From positions 224,001-288,000 of the forward strand of contig CAVPSB010000014.1 in NCBI GenBank assembly GCA_963708025.1: a stretch of 64,000 nucleotides of DNA, read 5' to 3'. The position numbers were made by a program, and so were the translations under genes. This DNA is from an uncultured Candidatus Rokubacteria bacterium. GTDB taxonomy: Bacteria; Methylomirabilota; Methylomirabilia; Rokubacteriales; DASRDR01. The number at the start of each line of letters is the position of its first letter. Position 1 is the first letter of the stretch. The notes below the pieces were generated by a model. It had not been told where the DNA came from and searched no databases. It saw nothing but the letters and a program-made list of their open reading frames with translations. Shown in pieces: positions 20,677 to 28,732 of this stretch.

Positions 20677-21683
20677 GTGGCGTCGCCGCCGGGCGGCGCG
20701 CCGGCCCGACCCGTCGTCGTGTTCCTCGACCCCCACGGGGCCGAGATCCGCGCCGCCATCGAGGCGGAGTGCCCGGCCACGGTGACCCTGCGCATGGCCA
20801 CGCCGGCCGATCCGGCCGACCGGCGGCCCCTGGTCGCCGACGCCGCGTTCTTCGTCGGCGGCATCACGCCGATCCCGGCGAGCCTGATCGAGGCGGCCCC
20901 GGGACTCCGGCTCATCCAGAAGTGGGGCATCGGCGTGGACAAGATCGACCTGGCGGCGGCGCGCGCGCGGGGGATCCCGGTGGCCATCACCGCCGGCGCG
21001 AACGCGGTCCCGGTCGCCGAGTTCACGCTGCTGCTCGTGCTGGCCGTCCTGCGCCGCCTGCCGCACCGGGAAGCCCAGCTCCGGGCCGGGGAGTGGCGCG
21101 ACGCCCGCGACGAGCAGCGCGTCCAGGCGCGACAGCTCCGCGGCCGGACGGTGGCGCTGATCGGCCTGGGGGCCATCGGCCGGGAAGTGGCGAAGCGGCT
21201 GCGGGCGTTCGACGCCGAGGTCCGCTACTTCGACGTGCGGCGGCTGGCGGCGGCGGACGAGGCGCGCGCTCGGGGTGCGGTTCCAGGACCTCGACGCGCT
21301 CCTCCCGGAAGCCGACGTCGTCAGCCTCCACGTGCCGCTCACGCCCGCGACGCGCGGCCTCCTCTCCCGGGAGCGGATCGCGCGGCTCAAGCCGCAGGCG
21401 ATCGTGATCAACACGGCCCGGGGGGAGCTGGTGGACGAGGCGGCGCTCGCCGAGGCGCTGGCCGGCGGCCGGCTGGCCGGCGCCGGCATCGACGTGTTCG
21501 GCGCCGAGCCGCCGCCGGCCGACCATCCGTTGCTCGGGCTCAGCCGTGCCGGGTCTCGTCCTCGCGCCCCACCTGGCGGGCTCGGTCTTCGACAACGTCG
21601 CCAGCGTGGCCCGTCACGCGTTCGCGAACATCCAGCGCGTGCTCGACGGTGAGCCCATCCCGGCGCGGGACCTCGTCTCGTGA
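20677..21683 (+). CDS. D-isomer 2-hydroxyacid dehydrogenase (frameshifts ~21270 and ~21550)
   Basis: GIGVDKIDL, GANAVPVAE, GLGAIG, LHVPLT, INTARG, DVFGAEP. Confidence 0.88.
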
Positions 21684-21982
21684 GGCGGATGATCGGCACA
21701 GTCGAATGACTCGCAGGCCTGACGCCGTTCGCGGAGAGGCCTGGTACTCCTCCGCGGTCTCGGTCACGGGCACCTCATTTTCTGCTTGACACAATTTCTG
21801 GCCGAGGGCTCGTGGCAGTCGCGGCCTCGACCGTCAGTCTCGCTTAGCGGGTCCACGCCGGCCCTCACCCCGCGCGCTGCCGGCGCCGGGCCAAAAATCA
21901 CTCCCATTCGCCGATGTGCCGCTGGGCGGCCTCCCAGGGCCGTCGAAATTCGCGTGGTAGGGTGCGAGACAGGAGGCTCGCC

Positions 21983-23326
21983 ATGCACCTTGCCACGACG
22001 CTCGCACCCGCCACTCCTGCGGCCGATCTCGACCGCCTCGGCGACGAGATCGCCACCCTCTCGGCCCACCTCGACGCCGCCATCGCGCGGCTGCTGGAGT
22101 TGATCCGCGAGTTCGACGCGCGAGGCGGCTGGGGGAACGGCTTCCGCTCCTGCGCGGCGTGGCTGAGCTGGCGGGTGGGGCTCGACCTGGGGGCGGCCCG
22201 GGAGCGGGTGCGGGTGGCGCGGGCGCTCGGCGAGCTGCCTCAGTTGGCAGTTGCCCTGGCCCGAGGGGAGTTGTCCTACTCGAAGGTCCGCGCCCTCACG
22301 CGCGTCGCCACCCCGGAGACCGAGGCGCGGCTCCTGGCGGTGGGGCGGGCCGGGACGGCGGCCCACGTGGAGCGGATCGTGCGGGGGTGGCGGCGGGTGG
22401 ACCGGCAGGTGGAAGCCAAGGAGGCAGCGGCGCGCCACCGGGGGCGGTCGCTCCAGGTGTACCCGGACACGGACGGGATGATGGTGGTCCGGGGGCGGCT
22501 GGAGCCGGAGGTGGGGGCGGTGCTGATCCGGGCGCTGGAGGCGGCGCGCGAGGCGCTGTACGCGAAGAGGCGGGCGGCCGCGGTGGGAGGCGCCGAGATG
22601 GACCCACCGACCCAGGGCCAGCAGCAGGCCGACGCCCTGGCGCTGGTGGCGGAGACAGCCCTCGCGCAGGGGCTCGATCCGGGCTCGGGGAGCGAGCGGT
22701 ACCAGGTCGTCGTCCACGTGGACGCCGCCGCGCTGGCCGACCCCGCCCAGCCGGGGCAGTCGGCCCTCGAAGACGGCGTGAACGTTTCTGCAGAAACGTC
22801 CCGGCGCCTGGCGTGTGACGCGACCCGGGTCATCCTGCGCCACGCGGGCGACGGGCAGGTGCTCGACGTGGGGCGGCGGACGCGGACGATTCCGCCGGCA
22901 CTGCGGCGAGCGCTGCAGGCGCGGGACCGGGGGTGCCGGTTCCCGGGCTGCGTCGTGCGCCACGTCCAGGGGCACCACCTCCACCACTGGGCGAACGGCG
23001 GGCCGACCCGGCTGGCCAACCTTGCCCTTCTCTGCTGGCTCCACCACCGCGCCGTCCACGAGGAAGGCTACGGGGTCGCGCGAGACCCGGACGGGACGCT
23101 GGGCTTCAGCACGCCGGACGGCCGGCCGCTCCCCGAGGTCCCGGCGCCGCCGGCAGTGCCGCTCGACCCGACGCAGGCCCTCGTCGCAGCCCATCGGGCG
23201 AACGGCCTCGCGATCGACGCGCGGACGGGGTGCCCGAGCTGGGGCGGCGAGCGCCTGGACCTCGGCTGGGCGATCGGGGTCCTGCACCCCGCGGCCAATC
23301 CACTCGCGTCCCGCTCCCCTGGATAG
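21983..23326 (+). CDS. DUF222 (13E12 repeat family) protein with C-terminal HNH endonuclease
   Basis: GFRSCAAWLSWR, GELSYSKVRAL, RRLACDA, LDVGRRTR, RDRGCRFPGC...HHLHHWANGG.T.LANLALLCWLHHRAVH. GGAGG RBS. Confidence 0.9.
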   Translation: MHLATTLAPATPAADLDRLGDEIATLSAHLDAAIARLLELIREFDARGGWGNGFRSCAAWLSWRVGLDLGAARERVRVARALGELPQLAVALARGELSYSKVRALTRVATPETEARLLAVGRAGTAAHVERIVRGWRRVDRQVEAKEAAARHRGRSLQVYPDTDGMMVVRGRLEPEVGAVLIRALEAAREALYAKRRAAAVGGAEMDPPTQGQQQADALALVAETALAQGLDPGSGSERYQVVVHVDAAALADPAQPGQSALEDGVNVSAETSRRLACDATRVILRHAGDGQVLDVGRRTRTIPPALRRALQARDRGCRFPGCVVRHVQGHHLHHWANGGPTRLANLALLCWLHHRAVHEEGYGVARDPDGTLGFSTPDGRPLPEVPAPPAVPLDPTQALVAAHRANGLAIDARTGCPSWGGERLDLGWAIGVLHPAANPLASRSPG

Positions 23327-23330
23327 CCTG

Positions 23331-23369
23331 TTTCCAGACCGGCGCCTTCAACCGCTCGGCCACCCCTCC
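23331..23369 (-). pseudogene. 5' half of a tRNA-Ser gene, truncated just after the anticodon loop
   Basis: Minus strand GGAGGGGTGGCCGAGCGGTTGAAGGCGCCGGTCTGGAAA: acceptor 5' strand, D-arm, anticodon 5' stem CCGGT, loop CT-GGA-AA. The expected ACCGG, variable arm and T-arm are missing. Confidence 0.8.
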
Positions 23370-23392
23370 GGTGTCGCGGGCCCCTTCGAGGA

Positions 23393-24382
23393 TCAGTCGA
23401 TCACCTCGGTCGCTTGCACGACGACGGTCGGGGGCAGCGTGAGCCCGAGCGCCCGGGCGGCCTTCCGGTTGACCACGAAGTCGAACTTGCTCGGCCGCTC
23501 GATCGGCAGGTCGCCGGGTTTGGCGCCCCGCAGGAGGCGGTCCACGTACCCTGCCTGCCGGCGCAACAGGTCGAAAATGTTATACCCGTAGGCCATCAAC
23601 GCGCCGGACTCGGCGAACTCCCGCCAGGGCGCCAGAGTGGGGAGGCGGTGGCCCGAGACGAATTCCACGATCCGGCCTCGCCAATCGTAAAGGGAAGCGA
23701 TGTCGTCGACCATCACGGCGTCAGGCCGATCTCGCGTCATCGTGCGGAGCGCGCCCTCGAGCTTCCCACCGCTCTCGGCGTCGAGCGGGACGAGCGTGAT
23801 GCCGAGCGACTTGACGAGCGCCTGGGCCTGCTGGAGCCGCGGCAGCCCGACACTGCCGGAGAGCACGGCCAGCCGGGCCAGGCCGGGCAAGGCTTCCTTG
23901 AGCAGCTGGACCCGCTTGGCGACAAGATCGGGGGTCACGTCGATGTCCAGCCCCGTGACGTTCCCACCTGGTCGCGCCAGGCTCGCGGCCAGGCCACGAC
24001 CTACGGGATCGCTCATGAACATGACGATCGGGATGGTCGTCGTGGCATCTCTCGCCGCCCGGACCATGCGGAGCGAGGCCGTGACCAGCACCTCCGGCTC
24101 CTGGCGGACCACGTCGGCGAACAGGGCAGGGACCTGGTCCCATCTGGCCTCCGCCGACCGGCGCTCGATCACGACCGTCTGGCCGTCGATCCAACCGCGG
24201 TCGCGGAGGGCGTGGACGAACGCCCGCGCATCGAGGGCCACCGGGTCCGGCCCCAGCATCTCCGCCACGGGGGTTGTCGAAAAGACGAGCACGACGCGCG
24301 GCAGCTTCTTCCCGGCCGGCTGGGCTTCCGAGGGCAAGGCGGCTGCCAGGAGGCCAAGGACGAGAAGGCCGACGAGCTTCAT
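23393..24382 (-). CDS. ABC-type substrate-binding protein (ABC_sub_bind/TrpX-like), orphan
   Basis: IPIVM..DPV..GLAASLARPGGNVTG, LMAYG, YVDRLLRGAKPGDLPIERPSKF..VVN.KAARALGL. Confidence 0.9.
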   Translation of the reverse strand: MKLVGLLVLGLLAAALPSEAQPAGKKLPRVVLVFSTTPVAEMLGPDPVALDARAFVHALRDRGWIDGQTVVIERRSAEARWDQVPALFADVVRQEPEVLVTASLRMVRAARDATTTIPIVMFMSDPVGRGLAASLARPGGNVTGLDIDVTPDLVAKRVQLLKEALPGLARLAVLSGSVGLPRLQQAQALVKSLGITLVPLDAESGGKLEGALRTMTRDRPDAVMVDDIASLYDWRGRIVEFVSGHRLPTLAPWREFAESGALMAYGYNIFDLLRRQAGYVDRLLRGAKPGDLPIERPSKFDFVVNRKAARALGLTLPPTVVVQATEVID

Positions 24383-24674
24383 GGCTGGTCCGGTGGACCG
24401 GCCGCGCCGGCCCGCGGGAACCGCGCCCGCGGTCATGATCGGGTCCCGCCGGCGTCGCGCCGTTCCACGATCCGGCGAATCCATCTCTCCCTGCTCCTTC
24501 CTGACCGATGGTCCGGAGCCGCGCACTCGCCCGACGGTGGCCTCAACCGTCGCCGGAGCCCGCCGGCATGCCCTCCCGACGGCTCTCCTCCCCGCGCACG
24601 GTTCGACGCTCTCATCGGAAGCGGGGTGCATCGTTCTCGCCTCCGACTGAGAGACGAAGCACCGGCCGTGCCGC

Positions 24675-24716
24675 GCTCTCCCACCCTCTCCCCCGGTGGG
24701 GGAGAAGGTGGGAGGA
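24675..24716. repeat. REP-like palindrome, family A variant
   Basis: CTCCCACCCTCTCCCCC-GGT-GGGGAGAAGGTGGGAG downstream of the SBP gene. Confidence 0.65.
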
Positions 24717-24737
24717 AGAGAAGGCGGGGGCGACGGG

Positions 24738-26320
24738 TCAGCGGGACAGGGTCGCCTCCCGGAGCGCGACGAACGGGCGCGACTGGCTGTTGATGTAGAA
24801 GCCGCCGACCTTGCCGGTCGAGGCCCACAGGAAGGGCTGGGGCTGGACCCGGATGAACGGCACGTCGTCGGCCACGATGTCGGCGATCCGCTTGTAGATC
24901 GCCTTGCGCTTCTCCCGGTTCAGCTCGCCCCGCCCCTGGGTGAGCAGCGCGTCCATGTCCTTGGTGCTGTAGCCGCCGGGGTTGTTCTGGCCCCCGGTGA
25001 AGAGCGCGCTCACCACCAGCCCGTCGGGGTCGGCCTCCCGGAGGAAGATCGTCTGGCCGAGCTGGAACTGCTTGTCCCGGTACACCTGCTGGACCCAGGT
25101 GGCGAACTCGAGCTGGACCAGCTTCACGTTCACGCCGCCCTTCCGGAAGGTCTCCTTGCAGACCTCGGCCACCTTGACGGTGTCGGGCCGGGTGCCGATG
25201 ACCTTCCACTCCAGCTCGATCCCGCTCGGATGGCCGGCCTCGGCCAGGAGCTTCTTGGCGGCGTCGGGGTCGTACTTCGGACAGTTGACGTTCTCGTGGG
25301 CCCAGTGACCGACCGGGAAGGGGTTGCAGCCCTGCTCGGTGGTGCCGACACCGAAGAACACCGTGCGGTTGAGCGCGTCGCGGTCCACCAGCATGGCCAG
25401 CGCCTGGCGGAGCTTCTTGTTGTCGAGCGGCGGGGCGTGCTTGATCAGGATGACGGCGTAGGCCGAGGAGGCCTTCGGCTCGTGGATGGTGATCCCCGGC
25501 GTGGCGCGGAGGTCGCGGAGCGCCTCGAAGGGGACCTCGCTGATGATGTCCATGGTGCCCGTCTTCAGGTTGGCGACCCGGGTCGCCGGCTCGACGGTCG
25601 GGACCCAGCGGATCTCGTCGACCTTCGGCTGCCCGCTCACGTAGAACTTCTCCCACTTCCGCACCAGGAGGTGAGAGTTGGGCACCCGCTCGACGAACCG
25701 GAACGGGCCGGTGCCGACCGGCTCCACGCCGATCTTCTCGACGTTCTCCTTGGCCACGATCATCGCGAAGGCGATGTTGGCCAGGAACGGCGCCGAGGGC
25801 TGCTTGAGGGAGACCTTCACCCGGTAGTCGTCGAGGATCTCGACCCGGTCCAGGTCGAGCAGCAGCGTGTACCACTTGCTCTTGCCGCCCAGGCTCTGGA
25901 TCCGCTCGTAGGAGAACTTGACGTCGTCCGCCTTCATCTCCCGGCCGTTGTGGAAGAGCACGCCCTTGCGGAGCGTGAAGACGTAGGTCTTGGGATCGGG
26001 CTGGGTCCAGGCGGTGGCCAGGTCGGGGATCGGCTGGAAGTCGCGGTCGAGCGCGGTCAGGCTGGAGAAGACGGACTCCCAGGGGCAGTAGTCGTTCCAC
26101 GCCGTGACCAGGTGCGGGTCGAGCTGCTGGATGTCCGTCGCCATGTTGATCTTCAAGGTGCCGCCGCCCTGGGCGGCCGCGGGCCGGGGTCGGCGGCGCC
26201 GACCAGGGCGAGGCCGCCGAGCGCCAGGCCGCCCTGCGCGGTGAGGCGCAGGAGCTGGCGCCGGGTGAGGGGAAGTCCCTGCGATTCCAGGAGGTCGAGG
26301 ATAGGTCGCGTGTCCGACAT
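24738..26320 (-). CDS. ABC substrate-binding protein family 5, Tat-exported (frameshift ~26160-26190)
   Basis: LTRRQLLRL Tat motif, DIQQLDPH, FTLRKGVLFHNG, PVGTGPF. Paralog of 10117-11646. Confidence 0.88.
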
Positions 26321-26343
26321 GGATGGTCCTCCGTTGTTCGGTG

Positions 26344-27228
26344 TCACGGGGTTCGCTCGATGGTGCGGAGCCGGGGGTCGAGCGCCTCGCGGAGCCCGTC
26401 GCCCAGGAAGTTGAGGCCGAGGACGGTGACGAAGATCGCGAGCCCGGGGAAGGTGGCGTACCAGGGGGCCTGCCCCAGGAGGCTGCGGCCGTACGCGAGC
26501 ATCGAGCCCCACGAGGGGTCCGGCGGCTGGACGCCGAGACCGAGGAAGGACAGCGCCGCCTCCACCAGGATGGCGTTGGCCACGCCGAGCGAGCCCTGGA
26601 CGATCAGCGGCGAGAGGCAGTTGGGCAGGATCACGAGCGCGGCCACGTAGAGGCCGCCGGCGCCGAGGGCCCGGGCGGCCTCGACGAACTCCTTCTCGCG
26701 CAGCGAGAGCACGTTGGCCCGGGTGATCCGGGCGAAGGCGGGGATGTAGATGACACCGATCGCGATCATGGCGTTCTGGAGGCTCGGGCCGAGGACCGCC
26801 ATCAGGGCGATGGCCAGCAGGATCGCCGGGAAGGCGAGGAGCGCGTCCATCACGCGCATGATCAGCGAGTCGAGCCGGCCGCCGTAGCAGCCGGCCGCCA
26901 GCCCCAGCGGGACGCCGGTGGCCGCGGCGATCCCGATGGCGATGGCGCCCACCATGAGCGAGACGCGGGCGCCGAAGACGATGCGGCTCAGGATGTCGCG
27001 GCCGAGGTCGTCGGTGCCGAGCGGGTAGCGCGCCGACGGCGGCAGCAGGCTGTCGATGGGGTGGATCTCGTCGGGCCGGTAGGGCGCCACCAGCGGGGCG
27101 AAGACGGCGACCAGTGTCAACAGCACGGTGAGCGCGACCCCGAAGGCGGCGGTCCGGCTCCCGAAGAGCCCGCGCAGGACGCCGGCCAGCCGGCCCCGGC
27201 GCCGGGCGAGGTCAGGAGGCCGTCCCAT
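26344..27228 (-). CDS. DppC-like permease
   Basis: GTDDLGRDILSRI, EFVEAARALGA, LSFLGLGVQPP. Confidence 0.92.
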   Translation of the reverse strand: MGRPPDLARRRGRLAGVLRGLFGSRTAAFGVALTVLLTLVAVFAPLVAPYRPDEIHPIDSLLPPSARYPLGTDDLGRDILSRIVFGARVSLMVGAIAIGIAAATGVPLGLAAGCYGGRLDSLIMRVMDALLAFPAILLAIALMAVLGPSLQNAMIAIGVIYIPAFARITRANVLSLREKEFVEAARALGAGGLYVAALVILPNCLSPLIVQGSLGVANAILVEAALSFLGLGVQPPDPSWGSMLAYGRSLLGQAPWYATFPGLAIFVTVLGLNFLGDGLREALDPRLRTIERTP

Positions 27229-28166
27229 ACCGGATCCGCGGGTCGAGATAGAGGTAGACCAGGTCCACGACGAAGTTCACGAGGACGAAGCCGGCGGCGA
27301 CGAACAGGACGATCCCCTGGACCACGCCGTAGTCGCGCTGCTGGATCGCGGCCAGCGAGAGCCGGCCGATCCCCGGCCAGCTGAAGACCTGCTCGATGAC
27401 GATGCTGCCGCCGAGGAGGGCGCCGACCTGGAGGCCGAGCACGGTGATGACGGAGAGCAGCGCGTTCTTGAGCGCGTGGCGGCCGATCACGCTCCGCTCG
27501 GGGACGCCCTTGGCCCGCGCGGTCCGCACGTAGTCGAGGGCCAGGACGTCCAGCATGCCCGACCGGAGGAACCGGGTCAGCGGCGCGGCCAGGGCGACGC
27601 CCAGCGTGAGCGCGGGCATGGCGGTGGTCCGGAGCGCGCCGAGGGGATCGGCGGTGACGGAGAGGTAGCCGGACGGCGGCAGCCAGCGCAGCTCGAGCGA
27701 GAAGAGCAGGATCGATCATGATGCCGAGCCAGAAGCTCGGGAGCGAGAGGCCGAGGAGGGCGAAGGTCGTCGTGCCCTGGTCCACCCAGGACCGCGGGCG
27801 GAGCGCCGAGACGATGCCGGCGGGGAAGGCGATCAGCAGGGCGACCAGGAACGAGGCGCCGACGAGCTGGAGGGTGACGGGCAGGGCGCCCAGGATCAGC
27901 CCGAGCGCCGGCTTCTTGCTCACCCAGGAGGTGCCGAAGTTCCCGGCCAGGACGTTCTGGAGCCACTTCACGTACTGGACCGGGATCGGGGCGTCGAGGC
28001 CCATCTCGCGGCGGATCTGGGCCAGCGCCTGGGGCGTCGACTCGGTCCCGAGCATGACCGCGGCCGGATCGCCCGGGATCAGGCGGACGATCGTGAACAC
28101 GATGATGGAGAGAAAGAGGAGGACGACGAAGAGCTGGACGAGCCGCTCGAGGATGTAACGATGCAT
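27212..28166 (-). CDS. DppB-like permease (frameshift ~27715)
   Basis: PGDPA, LPSFWLG, then DYVRTARAKG and EQVFSWPGIG in the other frame. Confidence 0.9.
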
Positions 28167-28191
28167 CGATCACCCGCCGACGAGCGCGGTC

Positions 28192-28219
28192 AGTATATCG
28201 GCCGACCGAGTCGTGTCAA
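28192..28219 (-). promoter_or_regulatory. near-consensus sigma70 promoter for the Dpp cassette
   Basis: Minus strand TTGACA-N16-TATACT. Confidence 0.6.
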
Positions 28220-28300
28220 GCCGCGCGCCCGACCGGGCGCGGGCCCGGTCCTCGAGTCCGGGCGGTCTCACGTTGCCCGGGCCCGACGATTCGGGCCCCT

Positions 28301-28477
28301 ATGAGGCCGCGTGACCGCGCAGTATTTGCCATCACTCTGAGATCAGCATATCCTATGGCCGAATTCGAGTTGGACGGACGGATCGAAGAGATGGAGGGCA
28401 GATATCTGCGTGTCGTGCTGCTGCCTGACGGCGAGACCGTACACACTGCGTTCTTCGACCGTTCGTTCGAGCCATGA
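28301..28477 (+). CDS. small putative TA toxin (DUF4258-like), possibly degenerate
   Basis: 58 aa, manual translation ending GRYLRVVLLPDGETVHTAFFDRSFEP. ATGA overlap with the DUF2283 gene. Confidence 0.6.
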   Translation: MRPRDRAVFAITLRSAYPMAEFELDGRIEEMEGRYLRVVLLPDGETVHTAFFDRSFEP

Positions 28478-28671
28478 AGGTAAAGTACTTCCAGGACACT
28501 GATACTCTCTACATCGAGTTCAAGCCGGACGGTATCGTCGAGACGAAGGATCTCGACGAGAACACCCAGCTCGACCTCGATGCCGAAGGGAACATGTGCG
28601 CTCTCACCATCGAGCACGCTCGACAACGTGCCGACCTTCCGCATTTCTCGTTCGAACAGGTTGGAACATGA
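28474..28671 (+). CDS. DUF2283 family protein (putative antitoxin)
   Basis: MKVKYFQDTDTLYIEF...LDLDAEG...LTIEHA. Confidence 0.85.
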   Translation: MKVKYFQDTDTLYIEFKPDGIVETKDLDENTQLDLDAEGNMCALTIEHARQRADLPHFSFEQVGT

Positions 28672-28732
28672 CCTCCGGGTCCGGTTGCCAGGGGTCAGGA
28701 CGCCACGTGCTCACCGAGCAGAAGGTAGGGAG

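Noticed and set aside
21728-21757. GCGGAGAGG as the missing tRNA-Ser 3' acceptor strand on the far side of the HNH gene (intron or simple insertion model)
   Set aside because: Only ~8 nt match, with no T-arm (TTCGAA) or variable arm adjacent. Chance is plausible at this GC content.
24383-24660. N-terminal extension of the ABC_sub_bind ORF, or a ribozyme near CTGAGAGACGAA
   Set aside because: The signal peptide begins at 24382, and the motif does not fit the CUGANGA...GAAA hammerhead core.
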